A stretch of DNA of 64,000 nt, taken from positions 62,001 to 126,000 of the forward strand of contig NIVC01002101.1 of the NCBI GenBank assembly GCA_002269645.1, given 5' to 3'. Both the position numbers and the translations under genes were made by a program. A model generated the notes under the pieces. The model saw only the letters and a list, made by a program, of their open reading frames with translations, ran no database searches and was not told where the DNA came from. Source of the DNA: Macrostomum lignano. Its lineage: Eukaryota. Below, piece by piece: positions 12,001-24,724 of this stretch (position 1 is its first letter; each line of letters opens with the position of its first letter).

Positions 12001-12705
12001 GAATACTTACTGAGATTATCTGCTAGCAAAACACTTGCGGGGTAGATTAGTGGTACAGTGTGGAATACATTAGGCTAAGAACAAGAGAAATTTACATAAC
12101 GAAAAACTTAGTTTCAGTTTATGGACTTCGGAGTCTTGGACGGTTAGAAAAAATATGAATATGAACTAGAAACGCACGGGTTAGAAAATGATTTTGTCAA
12201 TAGTCAATAAATCAAAATATTTTTTGTAAAGCTTACATTTTAAGATTTTTTCACAATGGAGCTTTTTTTGGGTACCGCAGTTGTGATTTTTTGAGAAAGT
12301 TAGAAAGTGAGAAGGAATATGTGTCATACAAAGTGTAGCGGTTCACCGATACACAGAAATCGACAGGAAAACATTGTTTTTAAGAAAACTTGACAACTTT
12401 TACTGAACAAAAACGAATGCTTTTTATTCGAATTTTTTAATTAGACTGACGTACTGAGTAAATGCCTAAGCTTGAATATTAAGTGTCAAAAACGTTTCAC
12501 GATCGTAAACTGCAACGCTCGCATCAATGGATTGCAGCTCCTTGGTAATGTTTCCTACTAAAGCTCACTTACACTTATTTTCTCGTACGGTTATAGTCTT
12601 GAGTGAGTTGGATTGCTCAACTGCCACGTGAGATACCAGTTTGATGTTATTAAAATAGTTGTCTCCAGCTCAACGTAGGCAGGTGACTGCTAATTATCAT
12701 CAAAC

Positions 12706-13894
12706 CTAATGGATCATCAATCGAATGCTCTTCAGTGCAACATCATTCCCGGATGTAGCACTAGCCCAGTGCATTGCATTTGTTTTGGTCATAGCAGTGC
12801 TATAATAGATACCGTTTGGGTTGGTATGCGAGCAGCTTTTGAACCACCAACCGGAGTTTCCAAAGCTGCTGGAACAATGATTTCCAAATTGGTCGTTGTC
12901 CCGGTCCATGGTGGAGAACTGCATCCCCCTGTTATAAGTGAACGAATCGGCAGTCGTGTTGGAGCTGCCGCTCAGGTATAAAATGCCAGTCATGGTGTAG
13001 TTCGTGCTGGCATCGGCCACCGTGAAGCCGGAGTACTCGCAGACGTACAGCTCATCCGACCAGGTGACGGCCTCGACTCGCAGAAGCTTCGGCGAGCTCC
13101 CGGTCAGCTCATGGATTTTGCGAAGGCCTGAAATGTAAAAAATGAAATCATTCTTAAGTCTTTATTGATTCGATTGGTGTTTGGTGAAGCTAAAGTGTCC
13201 TGCTCACCAATCCAGAAGTCCGTATCGTCTCCAAAGCCGTTCTCATACTCAGTCCAGCTGCGAGCAAAGCTCAGCTCGCCCTTCGACCTGTGCTGAATCA
13301 CTTGGAATTCTCGTCCGTTGATCTGGACGATTCGTTCTGATATATCAAAAAAGCAAACAATGTTTAAGTGTGTCTAGCGGTGCGTGAACTAGTGAATTCA
13401 TTTATAAATCAAAGGGATTGATATTTGCTACCATTGAGCGACTTTTCACACCTTTTAGAATTCACAGCTATTCATTTCATTATTAGTGAACACAGGCTCG
13501 ATATAAAAACTTACTAGCCATAAGCTTTCGATAAACCAGTTCACCAGGAGCGACAGGTGCAAAATCGGCAGTCGGTATCTCGGAGAGCAGGCAGAGCTTC
13601 TTCTCTGGCACAAAGGCGAAGGCGGAGCAGAACTTCACGATGGGCTGCTCGCATTTCAGAGCGCAGTCAGCGACGCTTCGACCGGGCTCGTGGTGAATCG
13701 GAGCAGGTGTGGTGTGCGCAACTTCCTCTTGAGAAAACACTGCAAATCGCATGAATTTAAACCTTCTTAACAACTACTGAAGTACTTCCACACTCATTCA
13801 AAAAGCTTGACTTACCAGATGCTGCACTGTCCAGAGTCCAAACAGTTGAGCCGCTGCAGAGAGCGACAGCAACGGCAATGAGGATTGATTGCAT
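12706..13894 (-). CDS. Secreted PAN + FReD protein, family 1 copy B (~284 aa)
   Basis: Exons 13894-13816 (MQSILIAVAVALCSGSTVWT), 13739-13515 (DCALKCEQPIVKFCSAFAFVPEKKLCLL), 13336-13208, 13127-12706 (FSTMDRDND...GWWFKSC...NPNGIY). Same intron positions and phases as copy A. Confidence 0.85.
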
Positions 13895-14707
13895 GCTGAG
13901 TGCTCTGCACCTGATGGAGGGGCAGACAGCTCCGTCAGCCAGTCCCTATCGCTGTCGATCTTATATAGATAGTCAGCTGCTGACTTTTTTAACTCTAAAA
14001 TAAGCAGCTGGGCCTGCTGCACTGCAAAAGCCTTAAAAGCAGGTTTTGAGTTTGCTGAGTAATGTTGACTGAGAGAAGTTGGGTTGAGTAAACAGAGTGA
14101 ATGTCTCCAACGAGACTTGGTTACTTCCCTGTTCTTGTCTGTCGCTCAACTTTTTCAAACTAAAGCTTTTAGCGCAGCGGAAGTCACTGCAGTTATACCG
14201 GTACCTTTCTAGACATTTTTCTAGCGAGCCAGTTTCCTTAAAATCTTGCATCGATTAAGGTAAATGTATAGCATTGCATTAACTGTGCAAATCTAGCAGT
14301 GAAACATAAGAATAGAAATGTAATTTTTCGCATCAATTTTAAAATGTGCGTTTTTTATCTGTAGAAGTCTCTGTGCTGCCCTGTTGGTAACAAGTAATGA
14401 AAGGGATTGCAACTACTGATGGTCGGGTAGTCCTATAACTTATCGACTACCTGCCCCTAAAGAGCGAGATTCAACACAGGAGACCATCAGATCGACAAGA
14501 CAAAAATAATGTAGACGATGCAGCAGTACCCAAAAATATAAAATTTTATGATACAAAAATTATATCTCGAGTCTCGAGACTCAAGTCCTAGGATACTGAA
14601 ATTCTGTTATTTATTATCAATATTGGACTAAAAAGGCTTCGAAAAAGTATTTGATTGAAAACAGAAGACAGAACGCAGATTTTTTCTTAAACTTGAAATG
14701 GCTTGAT

Positions 14708-15142
14708 CAGGGACGTCTCCATGGCTTTTATGGTGGGGTGACGAAGTCAAGAATTCAACATGTACATGACTAAATTAGTACATTTCTATTATTTTGAGAA
14801 TCGTGTTGTCAGCACTCATTTTGGCGCCGCAGGCACTCATTTTGGCGCCGCAGGCACTCATTTTGGCGCCGCAGGCACTCATTTTGGCGCCGCAGGCATT
14901 CCTATTAGCGCCGCAGGCACTCATTTTGGCGCCGCAGGCACTCATTTTGGCGCCGCAGGCACTCATTTTAGCGCCGAAGGCGCTATATTTTGACGCCCTG
15001 AAGAAAAATTATTTATTTTTGACGAGTCGCAAGGTGGGGTGGGGGGGACAAAGAATTGGCATGTCCCCCCAGAGCTTTTACTGGGGGGGGGGGCATGTCT
15101 CCCCTGTTCCATCCCCCCCCCCCCCCGGTGGCGAGGCGCCTG
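14708..15142. mobile_element. Non-autonomous hAT-type element (MITE) with internal 21-bp subrepeats
   Basis: Perfect 8-bp TSD GGCTTGAT (14700-14707 and 15143-15150); imperfect TIRs CAGGGACGTCTCC / CAGGCGCCTCGCC; about 8 units of GCCTGCGGCGCCAAAATGAGT on the minus strand. Confidence 0.8.
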
Positions 15143-15959
15143 GGCTTGATTCAGTTTGCCCATTAACCAGATGTTTTACAGACTCAAACGACTTGATCTT
15201 CTGATTGTAGTAGCTACCTTGTGGGCGGGAGATAACTCACAAGACGGCATACGCAGATGCTTCACTCCTGTTGCCCCATCCCGCTTTTTCCCCTTCAAAC
15301 GCAAGCACCAGATTTGAGAAACTTTCTCAAGCCTTGATCCCTTTCTGGAGCTCGGCACTGTCGAGAAATTGCCAAATTAAGAATGTGCACACGAAAAGCA
15401 TTCGAGCAGCTTTTAGCTGAAGAAAATTCTAGAAAGGTGCACGCTGCTTGATTTCTAGCTTTAGACAAGATCTTTAGACAATGGGGCTTATTTGCCTCAG
15501 CACTAAGAACTTTAACAATGTGTTAGGTTAAGCCTTAAAATATTATTCTCTATTATATCTAACTCAAATTGTAAGAACTGAATCAAACGATATAAACCTA
15601 TTTATTAGAAATGTGTGAGGTTGTATCCTAATTTTAACAGTTACCCTTTGAAGTAAAATCTGAACTTTAAGCATTCTGATCTTTCAATTGAGTTTGAACT
15701 GGTGATTTGTTTTTTCTGCAGCACAGCAAACCGCGCTTGAGTCGATGTGTTTCTAAGGCAGGCCACCTACATGCAAAATTACTTTTTTAGCAAAGACGAA
15801 GCTGCATTCAAAAATAGGAATTCTGCCCTACATCTACTCAAAATGAACATAAGCCAATTAAGGGAAAATCTATCGTTTCTGTGGCCTCTTGCCTGACCGA
15901 AGCTGAGCAAGTTGAATAGTGAGGACTAGCGCCTAAAACTTTATTCAGAGGATTTATAA

Positions 15960-16322
15960 TGCCAGCAGATTTACCAGTTAGACAGGCTGGTTTACCAGTT
16001 AGACAGGCAGGTTTACCAGCTAGACAGGCAGGTTTACAGTTAGACAGGCAGGTTTACCAGTTAGACAGGCTGGTTTACCAGTTAGACAGGCAGGTTTACC
16101 AGTTAGACAGGCTGGTTTACCAGTTAGACAGGCAGGTTTACCAGTTAGACAGGCTGGTTTACCAGTTAGACAGGCAGGTTTACCAGTTAGACAGTCATGT
16201 TTACAGTTAGACAGGCAGGTTTACCAGTTAGACAGGCTGGTTTACCAGTTAGACAGGCAGGTTTACCAGTTAGACAGGCAAGGTTTACCAGTTAGACAGG
16301 CAGGTTTACCAGTTAGACAGGC
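15960..16322. repeat. 21-bp minisatellite
   Basis: Unit GACAGGC(A/T)GGTTTACCAGTTA. Confidence 0.95.
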
Positions 16323-16915
16323 TCGGCTTAGCTTCTCTCATATAAGAGAAATTTGTACATTTTTCAGAGAGAACGGAGGGAATTAGCCCGAAATATTGAT
16401 CTCCGAGTGAGACAGAGTTACACTACATGTATTGAGATTAGATGAATACAGTATGTCTATATTTTTTTGTTTATTTTTTAGCCATATTCTTAATAAGACT
16501 AAGCATACCATTCTTAAGGCATTTTCAATAATTTGGCATGTCAATTTGTCATATACAAGTAGTCCCATGGCACCCATTGTTATAATTGAAGTTTGAGGCA
16601 GAGAGACCATATGGAACTGCAAGCAGAAAGGCATTGCGGTATGCTAAATATGCGGCACAATGAAGCTTTCATTCCGCTTGTCAGAATTGTATTCATTGTT
16701 TGCGCTGAACGCACAAAATTATCAAAATTCATTGAGTACTTTAAAAGCTACGAAGAACGAAGGAGTTTTGCTCTCAAAGTTAATGGGGATCAGCAGATTA
16801 TTGTGTATATATAACTCAGTTTTTCTCCGTTTTTTATAGAAACTGTCTGGATGTGAAAATTTGATAGTCTGTTTCTCAATCAAAACTTATTCATCAAAAC
16901 TGAACATTGAAAAAG

Positions 16916-19900
16916 TTAGGGCCACTGGAGCATCAGGCGAACACTTTTTAGCGCGATAAAATTCTCAGATGTAGCACCTGCCCAGTGCATGAATTCTTCA
17001 TCAGTCCCTGCTGAGTAGCGATAAACTCCGTTGGGATTAGACCTAGAGCAGCCATTATACCACAAACCGGAATTTCCACGTCGGTTGGAACAAGAAGATC
17101 CATAGTTGTCGTTGTCGCGGTCCATGGTGGAGAACTGCATCCCCTTGTTGGCAGCAAGCGAGTCGCTGGTCGTGTTGGAGCTGCCGCTCAGATACGAAGT
17201 GTAGGTCATGGTGTAGTTCGTGCTGGCATCGGCCACCGTGAAGCCGGAGTACTCGCAGACGTACAGCTCATCCGACCAGGTGACGGCTTCAACTCGCAGT
17301 AGCTTCGGCGAGCTTCCGGTCAGCTCGTGGATTTTGCGAAGTCCTGAAAATTTTAAGTGTTATCGGCCATACGAGCTATATGTTTGCTTGGCTATTACAT
17401 GCAGCTTGTTTTAAATAACTATTCGAATTTACTACTTACAGTTACAATAAAATGATTCAGTATTTCAAAAGGAACAGAAACTCTAAATGCTTTAAAAGAT
17501 ATCTAGCGGAAGTTTCACTATTAATATGAATATGAGGTCGTTTTTAGACCTTGTGCATTGTGAGACTATTTTTGCATTCCTCATCGTATCATGATGTCGC
17601 AAGCATGAACATACTTCTGCATCATTTTAACAGAAATACTGAGGCATTCTGAGACCAGAGCTGACTGTTCTTGATATGAATTGCTCATATAATTGACGAT
17701 TAGGTATCACTTGCAACTGAAGGTATCACAACTGATTTCTACAGTAAAGGCTACTTCGGGAAATTACGGGAAATTCCACTTTCCCTCAGACTAGACGGAT
17801 ACACAAGAGAAGGTAAACATAATTTAGTACTTCGTGGACTACTGTAAGCCACCCTACCACTGCTGTTCAAAAACAGATTTCAAATTGATTCCGAGGAATT
17901 TTAACATTTCGCTGCTTCACTGTCTCCAGAGGTAATCTAGGAAAGGTGCGACAGTGAGTGATATGGTAGTGACAGCCACGAAATTGTAATTTACGTTGAC
18001 TATTCCGCACTCTCTCAGCTCAGAAAATCAGCACGAAAGACACCAGCATCTTTGATCGTAGAAACAGACAGGAGAGCCGGACATAAAGTTCCGTTACAAT
18101 ATTAATTTTTTTAAGAACATATATGACGAAATAGAGCACACTGTTTTGAATTTTAAAGTTCCTTATTGCATCACAGTTTCCGTGCATACTCGTATATTGA
18201 TTTTGAGCTCATTTCGTGGAGCAATCTGTTACAAACCGACAGGATCAAGTTAAAGATTTTTTAGTTTTCGATTTTTGAACACTAAAAAGACTAAAAGAGA
18301 GTTTTCAATTTTTTACATTTAGTAAAATCTGATATTAAAAAATCAAAATGAAATTACAAGACGCTTGGCCTCATCTTTTTGAGTGACTCAGTGCTCACTG
18401 TGACGTTGTCAGTTTAAGGTGGTCCCGAAAAGGGCCGTTGGACTGCTGTTTCTCTATAGTTTCAACCCTTCAGTTTCACCGTTTCAACTAAACTTTTCCA
18501 TTTGTTTATTGCGACGTTTACTTGTAGTAGTGCCCAACGATTTTGTGGCAATTTCTAATTCACTGTATATTTTGCTATCCTCTCTCGCGACCGTATAAAA
18601 TTGGCACGATCGATAATTTTAAGTTCTCTCGCCAGCCAATGAAAACCACTCGTGCTTCGCGCTACCCCCCTCTGCGCTCCTTTATTAAACCCCCCCTCCC
18701 GCCTGGCGGCGGGCACTCCACTCTCCTCTCTCTCCCTCGCTCTCTCTCCCCGTCTGTCCTTGGCCTTGTGTGTGTTTTCCTTCTCTCTGTCTGGCTGCCT
18801 CGAGCCTCCTTACCTCACGCCACGGCTGACGCCAACCTCGCCACTGCTCATCTGCCTGCCTACTACGTCTCACTGCCTTCACTGTACTCATTGCCATTGA
18901 TCATCACGTTACGTCGCCATTACATCACTCGTCTGTCGCTTGAACTCACATCCAATTTATCTTCAAAAAAGAAACCATTGTTGCAGCCGCCAGTGCCCAG
19001 AAAGCCATAGTTTGTTATTTGCCAGTAACAACCAAACTTACTATTTATATTGATAATAAAAACGACTACGGCAGTTTCCTGCCCTTATTGCCAAGTGCTC
19101 CGCTACACCATTCACTTCGCCTAAGTTGACTTCAACTTATTTTGGGACTAAAACGGCCCTTTTAAGGGTCACGGCCAACATCAAATAACGTGACACTCAC
19201 CAATCCAGAAGTCCGTATCGTCTCCAAAGCCATCCTCATACTGAGTCCAGCCTCGAGCAAAGCTCAGCACGCCCTTCGATCTGTGCTGGATCACTTGGAA
19301 TGTCCGGCCGTCAATGTGGATTGGCCCCTCTAAAAATAACGAACCGAAGATTCTCTAATAAAAAGCCTTGTTACCAACGAGCTCGCAGGTACTAGTGCCT
19401 CAATCTATTGATAATTTTAAGTCGTTTGTTCCAATAAGGTCGAATAAACTTCAACTTACTGTCCAGTTTCTTTCGATAGACCAGACCAGTGGGAGCGACA
19501 GCCGCGAATTCGGCATTCTGCAGCTCGGAAAGGAGGCAGAGCTTCGTCTCAGGAACAAAGACGACAGAGGAGCAGTCTCTTTCGGGCGAGAACTCGCATT
19601 TAAAGGCGCAGTCTACAGCGCTGCGTCCAGGCTGTGACGTCATCGGAGCCGTCGTGGTTTGCAAAATCTCGTCGGTAGAAAACACTGAAACGTAGAAATG
19701 AACTTTCTTCTGGCCCAGGGTTGATGGAGCTTTTAGGCGTCGCTACAGCATATCGGATACGTGCAGTGAGCTCAGAAAAAATAAACGGCATGAATTGCTA
19801 ATACTTCAGTATATGCGTAAAAATGATAAAAATATTGAACTGTCAACTATAATGTACAATGGAACTTACCGGCTTCTGCTCCAGCCCCAGTCAAAAACGG

Positions 19901-19948
19901 AGTCCCGTCGATTAGACACGCAGCAACGGCGACAAGAAAAGCGGACAT
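16916..19948 (-). CDS. Secreted PAN + FReD protein, family 1 copy C (~286 aa), with enlarged intron 3
   Basis: Exons 19948-19870 (MSAFLVAVAACLI...), 19684-19460 (DCAFKCEFSPERDCSSVVFVPETKLCLL), 19329-19201, 17343-16916. GT-AG, phase 1, frame intact. Confidence 0.83.
18428..19163. mobile_element. Possible inverted-repeat element in intron 3 of copy C
   Basis: 12-bp perfect inverted ends AAAAGGGCCGTT / AACGGCCCTTTT; no TSD found. Confidence 0.3.
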
Positions 19949-20944
19949 GCTGCAGGCAAGGTTATGAATCCGCTCGATTTTAGTTGCCTCGCCTAAAAAC
20001 CGACTGTCTCTGGTTGCTGGCTTTGTCTCAACGCTTTTACCTCCCTAAAGCACCTGTTGTTGCTATTGAACTGCTTGAGTCGATGCGTTTCCAAAGCAGG
20101 CCTCCTAAAATCTCCTCATTAACAAAGGCGCAGCTGCATTTAAGGACGGTAATTTCGCGCAAGCTGCTTCAAATGAATAGAAGCCAATTAAAGGAAGTTT
20201 CATCGATTCTGGGGCCTTATGTCTAACCGGAGCGTTGGCGCATTGAACAGTAAAGACTTTTTCAAACCCATTGTCAGTACAGCAGTGCGTGTGCGCATCT
20301 GGGATGCAGTTTTCCGGTTTTTCTTAAACTAGCGTCGCTAACTGCAGCTCTCGAAACTGAAAATATGGGAGGCTCCACATTGCCGGGTTTTGTGGCGGCA
20401 TTGTTACACATAGCATATTTAAGCGCTTCATCAGCTTGTAGAAGTCATGGAGCTTTGCTAATTGCAACCAGCCCTTGCGTGTTGAAACGCACGAAATTCC
20501 ACCTAATGAGGAGTTCTATCCCTAAAAGCCTATTGAGTCTGTGCAAAATCATTCAACTCGATGAACGTGTGTCAATAATTCATTCATTGCCTCAAAGTCA
20601 CAAATTCACAAAGTCACAAAAACCGGCTGTCTAATAGACAGAAAACTGCAGATACCTGTTTATTTTCACGATAGAACACAAAAAAGAAAGTTGACGTAAA
20701 AAATTAACGATAGCAAGGCAGAAAAGAAAGTAAAAATTTATCACTTCTACGCTCGCACCGATCAAAGGGAGAAGGGGAAATGGGGGGGGCTTCAACAACC
20801 TCTTTTAATCTCCCCGAAAAAACTGCGCTATTTAGAAAACTACAGGAGGTCAAACAAGCTCCACGAAAGACAGGAGCTCAACTTATGCACCCTTCAACCT
20901 CTTCAATGTGGCATCTGTGGCTTCTATTCATGTGGGTCTAATAG

Positions 20945-21520
20945 ACAGTAGGGTTATCCACCAAGAGATAGTAGGGGTGTCCACCAAGAGACAGTAGGGG
21001 TGTCCACCAAGAGACAGAAGGGATGTCCACCAAGAGACAGTAGGGGTGTCCACCAAGAGACAGTAGGGGTGTCCACCAAGAGACAGTAGGGGTGTCCACC
21101 AAGAGACAGTAGGGGTGTCCACCAAGAGACAGTAGGGGTGTCCACCAAGAGACAGAAGGGGTGTCCACCAAGAGACAGTAGGGGTGTCCACCAAGAGACA
21201 GAAGGGGTGTCCACCAAGAGACAGTAGGGGTGTCCACCAAAAGACAGTAGGGGTGTCCACCAAGAGACAGAAGGGATGTCCACCAAGAGACAGCAGGGGC
21301 GCCCACCAAGAGACAGCAGGGGCGCTCACCAAGAGACAGCAGGGGCGCCCACCAAGAGACAGCAGGGGCGCTCACCAAGAGACAGCAGGGGCGCCCACCA
21401 AGAGACAGCAGGGGTGCCCACCAAGAGACAGCAGGGGTGCCCACCAAGAGACAGCAGGGGTGCCCACCAAGAGACAGCAGGGGTGTCCACCAAGAGACAG
21501 CAGGGGTGCCCACCTAGAGA
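20945..21520. repeat. 23-bp minisatellite
   Basis: Unit CCACCAAGAGACAG(T/C)AGGGGTGT, with variants grouped along the array. Confidence 0.95.
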
Positions 21521-21923
21521 CAGTAGATTCTATTGTAGATGTAAGTATGAATTGTCAGAAAATTGAAGAGACACAACTCCTACATCAGTTAGAAATCAGC
21601 AGAAAAAGTTAGTGATAAGCCACAAAATACCATAAAAAGTTGAAGTATTCTCTCTAAGTACTCATGGACAATTTTTCGTTGAAACATCGAACAGACACAG
21701 CTATGCTGGATATCAGTGACAATCAGTAATGTTTGAATTATTCATTTAAAGTTAATTAACAGATTTCCAAGTTTCTTAAAAAGTTAAATCTGAACACGAC
21801 ATTAACCTCGCGAAAAAATCTTCAGTGCATTTCTTAACTCTTGTACCCAAATGAATCACAGAGCTTATCTGAGAACTCCATTTAGTAATTTTGCACTTGA
21901 GTGTGTATCCAATGCCCGTGACA

Positions 21924-23026
21924 TCAGACCAGATGGATCATCAGTCGAATGCTCTTTAGGGCAACTAGGCCTCCAGCGGTAGCGCCTGACCAATACATGT
22001 ATGCATGTCCGCTCACAGCAGAGTCGTGAAAGATCCCGTTCGGATTGGACTTTGAACAGCTTTGGAACCACCAACCTGAGTTTCCACGGCCGCTGGAACA
22101 GGCGGGTCCATATTTATCATTGTCTCGGTCCACGGTGGAGAACTGCATCCCATTGTTATGAGCGAGCGAATTGCTGGTCGTGTTGGAGCTGCCGCTCAGG
22201 TACGAAGTGTAAGTCATGGTGTAGTTCGTGCTGGCATCGGCCACCGTGAAGCCGGAGTACTCACAGACGTACAGCTCATTTGACCAGGTGACGGCCTCGA
22301 CTCGCAGAAGCTTCGGAGAGCTTCCGGTCAGCTCGTGCATTTTACGGAGACCTGAAAATTTATTTGATATCATATTTTGTCCCTCTAAGCATTCTGTCCG
22401 AAAGAATTACGAGCTATTTTATGCGCTCCTCACCAATCCAGAAGTCCGTGTCGTCTTCAAAGCCGTTCTCATACTCAGTCCAGCCGCGAGCAAAGCTGAG
22501 CTCGCCCTTCGATCTGTGCTGGATCACTTGGAATAATTGACCGCTGATTTGGACTAGCTTTTCTAAAAGAATAAAAACGATGAACGCGGGCTAATATTAA
22601 ATTCCATCTCATATATCTCGCCTGGCCCAAAAACTCACTGTCGCTCTTCTTTCGATAGACAGGGCCGCTGGGAGCCACGGACGCGAATTCCGCATTCCGC
22701 AGTTCCGAGAGCAGGCAGATCTTCTTTTCAGGAACAAAGGCGAAAGCGGAGCAGTATGGCATAACTGGGGGCTCGCATTTCAGCGCGCAGTCCGCAGCGC
22801 TGCGACCAGGCTGTGACGTCATCGGAGCCGTCGTGGTTTGCGAAACCTCCTCAGTAGAAAACTCTGAAATACGATAATGATTTTTTCATACTCTATTATT
22901 TTTGTTCAGTTTGGGTCTTCTGCAATTAAATTTCCAATCGCACCCACCAGATTTTGAGCTGACGGCAGCCGCAATCGGAGACCCGCAGCTCAAGAGCGCG
23001 AAAACGGTGATGAGACAAGTGGACAT
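21924..23026 (-). CDS. Secreted PAN + FReD protein, family 1 copy D (~286 aa)
   Basis: Exons 23026-22948 (MSTCLITVFALLSCGSPIAAA), 22863-22639 (DCALKCEPPVMPYCSAFAFVPEKKICLL), 22562-22434, 22351-21924. GT-AG, phase 1, frame intact. Confidence 0.85.
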
Positions 23027-24373
23027 GTTGCAGCTAGAAGCAAGCAGCAGTGAGGCAGGACTATTGTCCAGCTTGCCACCTCAGTTTTTTTCGGTTTAAA
23101 AGAGACCTGCCAAACCCAAGCTGTCCAATACTATATTCTGTCGTGCTTTAGTGGATGCTTGAGGAAGTGAGGAGAGTTCCCCTTTCTTCTCAATAATTAG
23201 GAGCCGACAGTTGCCATCACTGGAAGCCAATTAAAGAACCTGCTAGCATGGATGCAGCTGCCAAGAAGCTGTGCTGCAAACGTCTTTAGTCCGTGGGCGT
23301 TTTTGGCTGAATAGTGGCATAAAAGTACAATATACCTTACCTGCCCTCACCTTGTCAGCGGAGTTTTCTAGTATGGATGGTGGGGAGACAAACCCATGAA
23401 TTCTAAGCGAAAAATTCTATTTTATTCTGGAAATCGCTGTTGTTACCACTGATTTTGACGCTGCGGGCATTCATTTTGTCGTCCTTGAAGCAAACTTCAC
23501 GAAACTTAAAATGAGGAGCGAGGGTCGTGCATGTCCCTGCAGCTTTAACAGAGATCAGCCAAGGAAGCATTTCTGTTCGCTTCACTCCGAAAGTTTCGGT
23601 CTTGTGAAGGCAGGTGTCTTTCGGCGTTATGAAATTTCAATCCTATGAAAGCGACCCAAGTATACAGTAGAAGACGAAAATATATCTTTTGAAAGAGAAT
23701 CGAGGGAAAAGACGCCTTAAAACCAGAGATTAAGTAGTTCATACTGAAAAAGAGGATGAAAAATCAACATTATTATGATAAGCTTAAGTTCATCTTGTAT
23801 TTTTCCGTTCACATATTAAATAATTCATTGGTCAAGACCAAATTGTAAATATAGTTCATTAATAAATAGAAGGCACAATATCATCCTTGCTTGCTGCTTG
23901 ATAAGCTCATTAGGCAGCATTTAATCTCAATGTTATTCATACCGACATTGTCCATGGGGAGTCCATCGTCCACTTGTGTCCTTATGCCGCAAATAGCCGA
24001 ATTCCCGGGGCATTCCAGCAAGGGCGCAGTTGTTTTCCACCATTCGGGAACCCTCCGTTATGTAGGTGGCATATGTAGGTGGCATTCAGTAGATACTTAC
24101 TCTCTCCACAGTCATTGCATACAAATCATGAGAACTGTGGTAATCGCCATATAGTTATTAAGAAATCCCCAGACCGAAGGTGGGCGATCATCCATCGCAA
24201 GCAGCCCGGTGTACCATATAGGACATGACCTTTTCCTGTCCAACCAGCCATTCGCCATATGCTCCAACTAAACCGCTAAATAGCAAATAGCAAATGGATT
24301 CTATTTAATCATCAACATAAATCTGTACGTGCGTATGTATAGTGTATTTACTTGTTTCCGAGCGTATGTAGGA

Positions 24374-24724
24374 CAGGGGTCGGCACACTCCGGCCCGCGA
24401 GCCACGAAGCCTCTCTATCCGGTCCTCGGGGTCCTTTGAGACGTCAAGACTGCAATCTCTTCTCTCTTCTCTCCCTTCTCTCCTCTCTCTCTCCTCTCTT
24501 ATCTCCTCTCCCCAATTGTCTCTCCTCGCTCCTCCCTCCTCTCCTTTTCTCTCGTGTCCTCTCTTCTACTTTATTTCCTCTACTCTCCTTTCTCCCATCT
24601 ACTCTCGTCTCTCTCTCCTCCTTCTATCTTCTCTCTTTCCTCTCTCCTGTCTTTCCCCCTCTGACCCGCAGTCATGAGCTAGATTCTCTATCTAGCGCTT
24701 GGAATAAAAGTCTGCCGACCGCTG
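24374..24724. mobile_element. Non-autonomous hAT (Buster/Charlie-like) MITE with CT-rich interior
   Basis: TIRs CAGGGGTCGGCACACT / CAGCGGTCGGCAGACT; perfect 8-bp TSD ATGTAGGA with central TA. Confidence 0.85.
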
